Shown: piece by piece, positions 1-8,146 of the stretch
Position numbering within the stretch: position 1 is the first letter of the stretch
How the letters are laid out: every line of letters starts with the position of its first letter
Origin: Candidatus Heimdallarchaeota archaeon
Lineage (GTDB): Archaea; Asgardarchaeota; Heimdallarchaeia; Heimdallarchaeales; Kariarchaeaceae
Direction of reading: 5' to 3'
Length of the DNA: 23,285 bases
Assembly: GCA_015523565.1 (NCBI GenBank)
Contig: WAKA01000165.1
Location: 1 to 23,285, forward strand
Position numbers and translations under genes: made by a program
Notes under the pieces: model-generated
What the model saw: the letters and a program-made list of their open reading frames with translations, nothing else
Told to the model about the DNA's origin: nothing
The model's database searches: none

Positions 1-134
1 AAAGAGATATTTGCATGATAATAAAAGTTTTGTCTTGGTGTTTTAATTGAGAAAATAAGTAAGAAAGCATTATTATTCCATTCACCTTCTGACACCAATA
101 AATAAATCCATTTTTCAATAGAGGGTGTATTTTA

Positions 135-149
135 GGAAAAATTTAAATA
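135..149 (+). promoter_or_regulatory. Putative archaeal BRE/TATA promoter (GGAAAAA-TTTAAATA)
   Basis: Purine-rich BRE-like run followed by TTTAAATA, 20 nt before ATG170. Similar spacing recurs before ATG12086 and ATG14779. Confidence 0.5.
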
Positions 150-169
150 TTTTTTTTTCTGCACAGCAT

Positions 170-1450
170 ATGCTTTCTCATAAGCTAAAAGGATTGTTAA
201 TGATTTGTATGTTATCTAGTATCGGGATCAATGTCCAAATCATCCAACCAAGTATTTCAAGCTTGAACGATTTGGAAGGCAATATTGGGGGATACCCCTC
301 AGTAAGCCCTGACTTAGTGAAGTCATGTACACACGGGGCATTGCAATTTATAAACTGTGATGACCTGATTGCCTCGAATCCCCAACTCACCCATGATTTC
401 ACGATTGCGGTGTTGGATGACGGCTTGACACCACTGCAATGGCATTACCTGGAAACGAATCCCTATGCCCGTGTCGACATTGTCAAGTATGTTTTCTATG
501 ATGAGAACACGGGACAAATAATTGAGACAGGTCAAGAAGGGGTTGATCCCTATGATCAAATTCCAGATTATTATGACACTAAAATTCCAAATAATGATAC
601 CCATGAAGTTTATCCTATATATCCAATTACTCATGGAGTTGGTGTATTGACTGCCCTTGGAACAATTTATAGGAATGCAAGAATTATATTCATTGATATT
701 GATTCAAAGAATGATGGTTCAAATAGCTTCTATGGAAAAGATTTGGGTTTTCTTTTTTTTCCAAACATTTATGATTCAAGCAAGGATCCATTCAATTGGA
801 TTATTCAAAACAGGGACACGTATAACATTAAAATCATTTCATTGTCCGCCAGCTATTCAAATGGATTTCCAATGACCACAACAGGTTATTTCACCCAATT
901 GTACAACATGGGAGTCACGATGGTGGTTTCGGCAGGAAACAACCCATACCCATATAACCTTCGGCTGGAGGATGGGAAATTATATTTCTATCCGCAAATC
1001 TATCCAGAATGGTATACAATTGCTTCAGTCAACCACAATACCAGTCAGCGGTCTTGGTTTTCTGCTTGGGGAGACACATATGAGGACATGCCAGGAAGCG
1101 TTGACTTTGCCATGCCTGGTGAATACGTGCCAATTGTGAGACCAACAATAGTTGACACTAAAGGAACCCATAAGTTATCTTGGATCAAAAATCGCGGAAC
1201 CAGCTATAGTGCACCCTATTTTGCAGGGGCAGTAGCCATGGTTCTTGAAGGAAGGCTTGCGGCTAAGAAAGCATGTGGTTATCCCCTGTCTTACCCATCC
1301 GTGCCAACCATAATTTCGATTTTAAAGGCGAACACAGGAATGGAATGGAGCTATTATCTAGGTTGGGGATGGGTCAATGTATACAAGGCATACCATGATT
1401 CCTATAATGAGCACTATGGATGTGCCACCTATAATTTCTACTATTGGTGA
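170..1450 (+). CDS. Divergent secreted S8 (subtilisin-family) serine peptidase
   Basis: Catalytic motifs in S8 order: IAVLDDG (Asp), ITHGVGV (His), VVSAGN (oxyanion Asn), GTSYSAP (Ser), plus DFAMPG and a C-terminal LGWGWVNVYKA. N-terminus is hydrophobic. Start moved from GTG125 to ATG170, which lies 20 nt after a TATA-like TTTAAATA (142-149). Confidence 0.85.
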   Translation: MLSHKLKGLLMICMLSSIGINVQIIQPSISSLNDLEGNIGGYPSVSPDLVKSCTHGALQFINCDDLIASNPQLTHDFTIAVLDDGLTPLQWHYLETNPYARVDIVKYVFYDENTGQIIETGQEGVDPYDQIPDYYDTKIPNNDTHEVYPIYPITHGVGVLTALGTIYRNARIIFIDIDSKNDGSNSFYGKDLGFLFFPNIYDSSKDPFNWIIQNRDTYNIKIISLSASYSNGFPMTTTGYFTQLYNMGVTMVVSAGNNPYPYNLRLEDGKLYFYPQIYPEWYTIASVNHNTSQRSWFSAWGDTYEDMPGSVDFAMPGEYVPIVRPTIVDTKGTHKLSWIKNRGTSYSAPYFAGAVAMVLEGRLAAKKACGYPLSYPSVPTIISILKANTGMEWSYYLGWGWVNVYKAYHDSYNEHYGCATYNFYYW

Positions 1451-1455
1451 TTTGT

Positions 1456-3054
1456 ATGCGTAGGTTTCTATTTCTTATACCATTGTTATTGGTTTTGAAT
1501 ACTTCAGGAAAGCCCTATTCGGCAGTTATTCATTTAAATGTCCATGAAGCCAATATTAGTCCCGTCTTGCAATCAAATGAGTCATTGATGGTGAATGTTC
1601 TCTATATGGGCGATTATTATATTACTGTCCTCAAGCGGGATCTTGAAAGTCATGTGGCAGATACCATTGTTTTGGAAAAAAGACATTTGAACGGAAGTCT
1701 GCTAGCAAATGTTTCATTTGATTTTCCATCATGGACAATGGACCCTGCTCATGAGGGAGGGATATACAATACTAGAATTGTGGAATCCCCAATGGGTGAT
1801 TATTTTTTTGTTGCAGATATAATCCTTGTTCCTGCTAACTTGACATCAAACAGGGAGGACGACCCATACTATATTGATTTCAATATCTTGGTTGTCAAGA
1901 TGAATTCAACCTTGAACCCACAATGGGCATGGGTCATGGGAGGTGATTCCATGGAAAGTGTACGTGACATTGTGGTTGACAACAATGGGAATCTCTATGT
2001 GTTTGGGCTTACCACCTCATACAACTTTCCCACGACGACGAATGCATTCCAGCCTTTGCCAGGGAATTTTGACTGGAAAAACAGGGAGGATTTCTTTTTG
2101 AGCAAGTTCACGGCGGATGGGAACCTTTCATGGAGCACGTTTATTGGAGGTATATATTCAGACTTTCCGATTGGCATGATATTGGAAAATGATACTTTAT
2201 TCATTTTAGGATATACTGACTCATATAACTTCCCAGTTGCAGCGAATGATCAATTATGGAAAGACGAGTGGTTGACTAATTTGGTGATATCGGAATTTTC
2301 GTTGGATGGGGAGCTTCTGCACACTAATTTTGTGTTTCAGGAGCAGTTTCTTGCAGGATCCCCAAACTCATGGTTTTCCGCTGGCGGAATGGAACTGCTT
2401 GATGATGGCTCTTTTATTGTTGCCGCAGACATCTATGTTGCAGACATGGAGAAATATGAATCCGTTGACAATTTGTACTCTTACAACATAAGCCGTTCCT
2501 ATCCTTTCAATTACGACGTACCCTTTCTCAGGATGGTTGTCAAGGTGAATGCCAGTTTTTCACCAGTTTGGGTCACAGGGTTTGTCAAGCCGAAGGAGGG
2601 GAACATATATTATGCCCACGTCCAAAATGTTGTTCAGGTTAACGACAGCGTGGCAGTGACCATGTATGAGTCTCAATACAATACATCCTATGTTTCCCTG
2701 CTGGATGTTGGCAATGGCACAATTACCCAGATGGGCAATTCATCTTCTTACATCATGCGCACAGTCAAACATAACGGAATGCTGTACATAGTTGGGAATT
2801 CAGGGACAACGGGATTTATCGGAAAGTTGGAGGAGATTCCTGTTCCAAAGAAAAAATTTCCGAGAACATTGCCTACATCTGAGGATATACCTTCTTCTTA
2901 TAGGACAACAACAGAAACAAAAGTTGGTACAACCCTAAAAATATTCAGCTCGACCCCAAGTACAGAAGGAACCAAAAACCAGTCTGCCACTCTTTCCATC
3001 CCAGTCTTCCTGACGTTTGCCATTTTTGCATTGGGAAAACGAAACAAACACTGA
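1456..3054 (+). CDS. Secreted, C-terminally membrane-anchored beta-propeller protein (SBBP-like repeats)
   Basis: Signal peptide MRRFLFLIPLLLVL. SBBP-type repeats (WVMGGDSMESVRDIVVDNNGNLYVFGLTTSYNFPTT; WSTFIGGIYSDFPIGMILENDTLFILGYTDSYNFP). Thr/Ser-rich stalk, hydrophobic tail and basic end (GKRNKH). ATG1456 lies 5 nt after the S8 stop and follows an SD-like GGTGA. Confidence 0.75.
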   Translation: MRRFLFLIPLLLVLNTSGKPYSAVIHLNVHEANISPVLQSNESLMVNVLYMGDYYITVLKRDLESHVADTIVLEKRHLNGSLLANVSFDFPSWTMDPAHEGGIYNTRIVESPMGDYFFVADIILVPANLTSNREDDPYYIDFNILVVKMNSTLNPQWAWVMGGDSMESVRDIVVDNNGNLYVFGLTTSYNFPTTTNAFQPLPGNFDWKNREDFFLSKFTADGNLSWSTFIGGIYSDFPIGMILENDTLFILGYTDSYNFPVAANDQLWKDEWLTNLVISEFSLDGELLHTNFVFQEQFLAGSPNSWFSAGGMELLDDGSFIVAADIYVADMEKYESVDNLYSYNISRSYPFNYDVPFLRMVVKVNASFSPVWVTGFVKPKEGNIYYAHVQNVVQVNDSVAVTMYESQYNTSYVSLLDVGNGTITQMGNSSSYIMRTVKHNGMLYIVGNSGTTGFIGKLEEIPVPKKKFPRTLPTSEDIPSSYRTTTETKVGTTLKIFSSTPSTEGTKNQSATLSIPVFLTFAIFALGKRNKH

Positions 3055-3110
3055 TACACTGCTTTCATTTATTTTTCAATCTAAGCGTTTCCCATTTTTT
3101 TGTACTTATG

Positions 3111-3146
3111 ATATTTCTATCCATTGATAATATTTCTATCCATTGA
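3111..3146. repeat. Perfect 17-bp direct repeat x2 (ATATTTCTATCCATTGA), 19-bp period
   Basis: Copies at 3111-3127 and 3130-3146, in the convergent intergenic gap. Confidence 0.85.
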
Positions 3147-3194
3147 ATTTTTAAGAAAAATCAGAAAAAAGAAAGGGAAAGTTAGAACACACCC

Positions 3195-4934
3195 TCACTG
3201 AATAGGTATGAAATATTTGCCATTAAGGTTCATCCATTCTTGATTGTCCCTATTTAAACCACCTTTCTTTTCTGCCAAAATAACTGTTTCAGCCAAAGGA
3301 TATGCATAATAGTCGCTCACCCCTTGCACAATCCCATATTTCTCGAAACCCCCCTCAACAGGTTCAAGAGAATGTGACTTGAACACACGTTTCTGATTAA
3401 AGTAATCAACGGATCCCAAATATTTACCGTCCCTTGAAAGCCATAGTTCCACAATCTTTGCCTCATGTGCAAAAATTGCCTTTTCCAATTGTCTCTTTTT
3501 TAGGTTAAACAGTCGCAGTATTCCATCATCAGAACCGCTAACGATGTAATTGTTGTTTGGCAGAAATTTCAGGCTCGTGAACATTTCTGTATCGTTTGTC
3601 TCAATTCCAAATTTCCCTAGATCACTTGGATCATTAAGAAGGAACAATGGATTTTCTTTGTCAATTTTCCAGATGGTGATAAAGTGGTTTGGTGTATTAA
3701 AAAGGTCTGTGCATCCTGCCGCGATTTTCTTGCTGTCAAATGACATGGCAACTGCATATATTTCAAGACTTTCATGCAGGCTCGGTGTAGTATTGTACTG
3801 ATAGGTCTTGACAGGATTACCAGAAAGGACATCCCATAATATTACCGTATTGTCTGTTGATCCTGTAAGAATAAATTTGCCGTCTCTAGAAAAGACAAGT
3901 GAAGTGACTTTGTTTCTATGACCAGTAAATATTTTTTCTTGTCTTCTTTTCTGAATGTTCCAGAGGATTGCATCATCTCCTGAAGAAAAGACCAAATACC
4001 TTCCGTCAGGAGAGATAGCTATATTTTCAATATTATTGGATGTTTTGCTTTCCCACAGGATCGCCTTTGAAGCACTGGAGAAAACATGTAGATTTGCAAT
4101 GAGTGAACTGACAGCAAGGATATTGGTACTGGAAACTATAGAAGTTAATCCAAACTCAAAAGAATCGAAGATAGAGACTTGCTTACCGGTTTTTGCATCC
4201 CATAGCCTCATGGTCGCGTCGTCTGAAATTGAGGCTACAAGAAAAGGGTGTGAAGGCAGGCAAGCAACCCCGTTAACCCAATTGGCATGTTCTTCAAACG
4301 AGACGAGCGATTCCTTTCGTCCAAGTCTCCAAACCTTTACAGATTTGTCAAGAGACCCAGAGATAATGGTCTCGCCATCTGGACAGAATGAGAGAGAAGT
4401 AACCCAATTTGAATGTCCTGCAAATACATTGACGCATTTTCCATCATGCATATCCCAAAGGAGAACGGTTCCGTTCATTAAGCCGGAAACAAGATACTTT
4501 CCGTTAGGTGAAAAGCTGATTGAGGTTGTTTCCGACATATGGTCTTGAAGTTTCATGAATGACTTGTAATTTTTGATATCCCATAATAGTATTCCACTTC
4601 CTGCTGTAGCCAGGAGATCTGAAGTTGGTGAAAAAGCAATCGCCCTGCATCCATTGGTTTGGAGTCGTTTCAATAATTTCTTCTGGTTCAAATCCCAAAC
4701 CAAAACAGTTCCGTCCTGTAAGGCCGCCGCCACTAGGTTGTCTTTGACTGCCACTGAATTAACTGAAGCTAAAGTTTCCATGATACCGATCATTCTGCCG
4801 GTATCCACCTCCCAAATTCTGACTGTCCGGTCATCAGATCCTGAAATCAACAGTTTTGAATCAGAAGATACTGCAAGGGCGGAGACCCTATCAGAATGAC
4901 CTAAAAATGGGTAAATTGGATATTTCATGACCAT
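3195..4934 (-). CDS. WD40-repeat protein (about 12 repeats)
   Basis: Canonical GH...WD repeats, e.g. GHSDRVSALAVSSDSKLLISGSDDRTVRIWE, GHSNWVTSLSFCPDGETIISGSLDKSVKVWR, GHRNKVTSLVFSRDGKFILTGSTDNTVILWD. Start likely ATG4934 or ATG4928 rather than TTG4988. Confidence 0.92.
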   Translation of the reverse strand: MVMKYPIYPFLGHSDRVSALAVSSDSKLLISGSDDRTVRIWEVDTGRMIGIMETLASVNSVAVKDNLVAAALQDGTVLVWDLNQKKLLKRLQTNGCRAIAFSPTSDLLATAGSGILLWDIKNYKSFMKLQDHMSETTSISFSPNGKYLVSGLMNGTVLLWDMHDGKCVNVFAGHSNWVTSLSFCPDGETIISGSLDKSVKVWRLGRKESLVSFEEHANWVNGVACLPSHPFLVASISDDATMRLWDAKTGKQVSIFDSFEFGLTSIVSSTNILAVSSLIANLHVFSSASKAILWESKTSNNIENIAISPDGRYLVFSSGDDAILWNIQKRRQEKIFTGHRNKVTSLVFSRDGKFILTGSTDNTVILWDVLSGNPVKTYQYNTTPSLHESLEIYAVAMSFDSKKIAAGCTDLFNTPNHFITIWKIDKENPLFLLNDPSDLGKFGIETNDTEMFTSLKFLPNNNYIVSGSDDGILRLFNLKKRQLEKAIFAHEAKIVELWLSRDGKYLGSVDYFNQKRVFKSHSLEPVEGGFEKYGIVQGVSDYYAYPLAETVILAEKKGGLNRDNQEWMNLNGKYFIPIQ

Positions 4935-5057
4935 ATTTTTCAGGTAATGGAAAATTAAAAAACATGTCAGTTCAAACAAATCGAACAATAAACATTAAAT
5001 TATAACCTAAAGCCAGGATTTCATTCATATAAAGATACCAATGATTTGTTCAATCCA

Positions 5058-6188
5058 TCAAACATTTTCTGCTTGCTTAAATGGTTCCATTGTAATATAG
5101 TCCGCACCCCCTTTCCATTTTTGGGATGCCGTATCAAAGTTTTCAGGATAGAAGAAATACCTAAAAGATGTGGAGGGGTCTATGACCATCTGATAAGGGA
5201 ACTGCGTTTTTGGGATCAGTGTCTTAAAAATTTGGTTGGCAATATGTGCAGGGGCATATACATACCAAAGGAATTGACCGTCTTTTGGATTAAAGGAAAA
5301 CTGAGAACTGAATGGAAACTGCTTGGCAGTAAGGAAGGATTCCAATTTTAATGCAAGATCATTTTCTAGAAATCCCCAAAATGCTGAAATGGAGTTGAGG
5401 TTGAATTTCTCCCTGTTATAAATGATTGTCTCCTTAGATATGAACCGCTGACGTAATCTGTTTAACCTACGGGTAATAGTGGCAACATCCTTCGAATAAT
5501 AATCGGCAAGAGTTGTAGCCTTTATTTTTGCGTTGATTGAAAGTTCCCTAAGTAGCAGGAGATCCAACTTGTCTCCCTTAAAAGTGAATACCTCTGAAGG
5601 TTTAGGTTTTGGCTGATCGACGGGTTCAAAAGTTTCAAAGGCTTGGGCGAAATCAAAATCCCATTTGAATACATCTATATTCCATTTCAGGAAGTTGTCA
5701 AAGGTTTCTAGATGATATGGGTGAACAAATGCCTGTGTCGAATTGCACCAGCCTGTCCCTTCAACAAGTTTCAACAATTCAAGGAGAAATGGAATTTCAG
5801 AAGGTGGTATATCGAATTGGGCAAAGACAGCAGGTGCACCGCAACTTCCTTGGGCCCTAAAATAAGTATATGGATGCCTATCCAGTAATTTCAGGATTTT
5901 CTTGAGATTGATATATGACCTGATTTGAGAGAAGACCACCTGAATTCTTGTCAATCCCAATTTTCTTGGGTTCGGATGAGCCACCCTTTCAGTGACTGTC
6001 CTTCTCCCCAAAATTGGATCTATGATCTCCTTGTCCTTTCTCAGAAGGTCTTCTTTTTTCAGGAAATCAATCCATTTCCTGATGGTATTGGGTGCAACCC
6101 CAAGTTCCCCCGCCAATTCCTGAAGTGTTGCTCTAGGATTTGACCTGAGAAGAATCACCAATTGCAGGTGTTTCATCCCGATACGCAT
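5058..6188 (-). CDS. Tandem Lrp/AsnC-like winged-helix transcriptional regulator
   Basis: Two AsnC-type HTH segments (LLRSNPRATLQELAGELGVAPNTIRKWIDFLKKE and DKLDLLLLRELSINAKIKATTLADYYSKDVATITRRLNRL), each followed by an alpha/beta domain. SD-like GAGGT upstream; starts 9 nt after the upstream stop. Confidence 0.75.
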   Translation of the reverse strand: MRIGMKHLQLVILLRSNPRATLQELAGELGVAPNTIRKWIDFLKKEDLLRKDKEIIDPILGRRTVTERVAHPNPRKLGLTRIQVVFSQIRSYINLKKILKLLDRHPYTYFRAQGSCGAPAVFAQFDIPPSEIPFLLELLKLVEGTGWCNSTQAFVHPYHLETFDNFLKWNIDVFKWDFDFAQAFETFEPVDQPKPKPSEVFTFKGDKLDLLLLRELSINAKIKATTLADYYSKDVATITRRLNRLRQRFISKETIIYNREKFNLNSISAFWGFLENDLALKLESFLTAKQFPFSSQFSFNPKDGQFLWYVYAPAHIANQIFKTLIPKTQFPYQMVIDPSTSFRYFFYPENFDTASQKWKGGADYITMEPFKQAENV

Positions 6189-6197
6189 GATTTAACC

Positions 6198-6662
6198 TCA
6201 GTTTATCTTGACACCGAATCCCGAAGAGTCAGAATTATCTCCCCCTGGAGGATCAAACACCATATGATCAGTATCCACGATATTTGGGTTACCATTGAGA
6301 GTGGCATGGACCGAAGCGGTGTACCAGCCTTTTTCCAATGCTGAATTATAGAAGTAATTAGTGGTGGTAACTTCCGCCTTATCTGTTACAATAAGTACAA
6401 ATCCTGAAAATACCTTTCCAGAAGGAAGCGTTAGATCAACCACGTAAGTCAGCCCATTTAACGTGCCCCCTTGAATGGCAAAGTGAATTACCACCACAAC
6501 ATCATTTGTGGTATTGCCCCCATCGGCATTGGTATAATAGGCTGTAAGAATAGTTGCCTTGACCGATTGATTGGTTGCTGCATCTGTAGTCTTCAATGCA
6601 TTGACACTTGCCAATGGCATCAAAATCGCAATGATTAGGACGGTTTTCAGTAGTTTCATCAT
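6198..6662 (-). CDS. Small secreted beta-rich (probably Ig-like) hypothetical protein
   Basis: Signal peptide MMKLLKTVLIIAILMPLASVNA. Alternating beta-strand pattern, GWY strand and FDPPG end. Likely co-transcribed with the Lrp-like gene. Confidence 0.75.
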   Translation of the reverse strand: MMKLLKTVLIIAILMPLASVNALKTTDAATNQSVKATILTAYYTNADGGNTTNDVVVVIHFAIQGGTLNGLTYVVDLTLPSGKVFSGFVLIVTDKAEVTTTNYFYNSALEKGWYTASVHATLNGNPNIVDTDHMVFDPPGGDNSDSSGFGVKIN

Positions 6663-6702
6663 TTTCAGGTTGATTTAGGGGTTTTTAATTCTTTTGTGTC
6701 AA

Positions 6703-6890
6703 ATGCAAATAATTTCATTAAATACACAATGCACTTGTTATATTTTGCATTAAATCATCTCATTATAACTTGAATTGATCTCTAAATGTTGGTTTTTGTT
6801 GCATACAAGTGCCAAAACCAAAAGCAAAAAGAAATGCAACAATTTGCAATTTTTTACAGATAAAGTTAATATAATTTGCATAAATTGCGA
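6703..6890. promoter_or_regulatory. Cluster of TGCA-N5/6-TGCA-like palindromes in a divergent promoter (candidate operators)
   Basis: ATGCAaataatTTCAT 6703-6718, TTGCAtacaagTGCCA 6799-6814, ATGCAacaattTGCAA 6834-6849, TTGCAtaaatTGCGA 6876-6890, and AATGCA-N12-TGCATT 6728-6751. Confidence 0.5.
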
Positions 6891-6949
6891 CGATAGAAGC
6901 GAGTTCGATACGGAATTCGCAAGACAAATCAGTTAATCGGAGAATTGAC

Positions 6950-7951
6950 ATGAAATACAAAAAATCTCTTAGCCTGATTGTAAGTATCTTAATGCTTACG
7001 TCTTTTCTTCCCCTAATCGGGACTACCGCATCAGTTGCGGCAGATGCAAAGATCATGGCCGCTTCTGGTCCAGGAACTCCACAAACAGTTCCTTGGGGAA
7101 TTACTCGAATAAATGCCCAACAGGCCGCTTCACAGGTTGATGAATCAAATGTGATTGTAGCCATCATTGATACTGGTCTAGATTTCAACCATGAAGACCT
7201 CCAAGGAAGATTCCTTTGGGGTTACAGTTGGTATGAGCAGGGGGCATTCTCCTTCTGGTTCTGGTTGCCACGAATCGTCAGGCAGGAATGCACACAATCA
7301 AATCCAGCACCATGCAACGATGACCATGGTCATGGAACCCACGTCGCAGGAACCATTGCGGCACAGGACAATTCAGTGGGTGTCGTAGGAGTCGCACCTA
7401 ATGTAGGTCTTTATGTATTCAAAGCCTTGGCTTCCGATGGGTCTGGTTCATATACTGCCATTTCAGAGGCAATCATAAAGGCAACAGAGGGCCCGGACGG
7501 CGTTGCTGGCACGGCAGATGATGCAGATGTCATCTCGATGTCACTTGGCGGTTCATCTGGGAACAGCCAACTCCAAGATGCCGTCAACTTTGCATTGAAC
7601 AATGGAGTTGTTGTTGTGGCAGCAACAGGAAATGATGGAGCATCAAGTCCAAGCTATCCTGCGGCATACCCTGGCGTAATCAAAGTAGGTGCTGTTGACA
7701 GCAATGACAATATTGCCTCTTGGTCAAATAGAGGTGAAACCATTCTGGCACCAGGTGTATCCATTCTTTCCACATTGCCGGGAAGCAAATATGATAGCTG
7801 GTCAGGCACCTCCATGGCAACACCACATGTTTCCGGCGTTGCGGCCTTGGCAATCGCGGCACATCCCACCTATACCAATGATCAAATCAGGGCATTGGTT
7901 GAGGGAAGTGCAGACAGTGCAGGTGTTGTAAACGCTTTGGCTGTAGTTTAG
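6950..7951 (+). CDS. Secreted subtilisin-like S8A serine protease (Tk-subtilisin/pernisine-like) lacking an I9 propeptide
   Basis: Signal peptide, then QTVPWGITRINA (mature subtilisin N-terminus), VAIIDTG, HGHGTHVAGTIAA, VISMSLGG, AATGNDG, SGTSMATPHVSG. Acidic GPDGVAGTADDAD loop. Confidence 0.95.
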   Translation: MKYKKSLSLIVSILMLTSFLPLIGTTASVAADAKIMAASGPGTPQTVPWGITRINAQQAASQVDESNVIVAIIDTGLDFNHEDLQGRFLWGYSWYEQGAFSFWFWLPRIVRQECTQSNPAPCNDDHGHGTHVAGTIAAQDNSVGVVGVAPNVGLYVFKALASDGSGSYTAISEAIIKATEGPDGVAGTADDADVISMSLGGSSGNSQLQDAVNFALNNGVVVVAATGNDGASSPSYPAAYPGVIKVGAVDSNDNIASWSNRGETILAPGVSILSTLPGSKYDSWSGTSMATPHVSGVAALAIAAHPTYTNDQIRALVEGSADSAGVVNALAVV

Positions 7952-8108
7952 GATTTTTTAATAATATTTAATTTGCAGAATATTTAATTATAAATAATCA
8001 GATTTTCTATTTTGAAATAATAATTTCTATTGTGACTATTCCAATCAATAATGAATAATATAAGCATGATTTTTTTATTAAGTTAAATACCTTGTATTTC
8101 TTAAACCA

Positions 8109-8122
8109 TTTAGGTTATAAAT
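8109..8122 (+). promoter_or_regulatory. Putative TATA box (TTATAAAT) of the SufR-like gene
   Basis: TTTAGG-TTATAAAT, 24 nt before ATG8147. Nearby short inverted repeats: AAATAC-ctt-GTATTT and AACC-attta-GGTT. Confidence 0.45.
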
Positions 8123-8146
8123 AAGAAAGGACAATTGGAAATTGTA

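Noticed and set aside
3111-3146. Direct repeat as a CRISPR remnant
   Set aside because: Only two 17-bp copies with a 2-nt gap, no spacers and no cas genes.
3955-4899. Antisense ORFs over the WD40 gene (197 aa, 108 aa) and the many other short antisense or nested ORFs in the track
   Set aside because: They are shadow frames of well-supported genes and have no motifs or independent start signals.
3195-4934. WD40 protein as a SCAP counterpart for the S1P-like protease
   Set aside because: It has no TM or sterol-sensing domain, and WD40 repeats alone are too generic to support the link.
6763-7188. 141-aa minus-strand ORF overlapping the subtilisin 5' end, considered as a possible trans propeptide
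   Set aside because: It is antisense to a clear gene, runs through the promoter region, and has no signal peptide or I9-like pattern.
7963-7989. AATATTTAATT direct repeat downstream of the subtilisin
   Set aside because: Pure A/T sequence in a very AT-rich spacer; not distinguishable from background.
5000-8120. Identical 12-mer TTTAGGTTATAA upstream of the WD40 gene (5011-5000, minus) and the SufR-like gene (8109-8120)
   Set aside because: It is AT-rich and half of it is a TATA-like box. Two copies are plausible by chance, and the spacing to the start codons differs.
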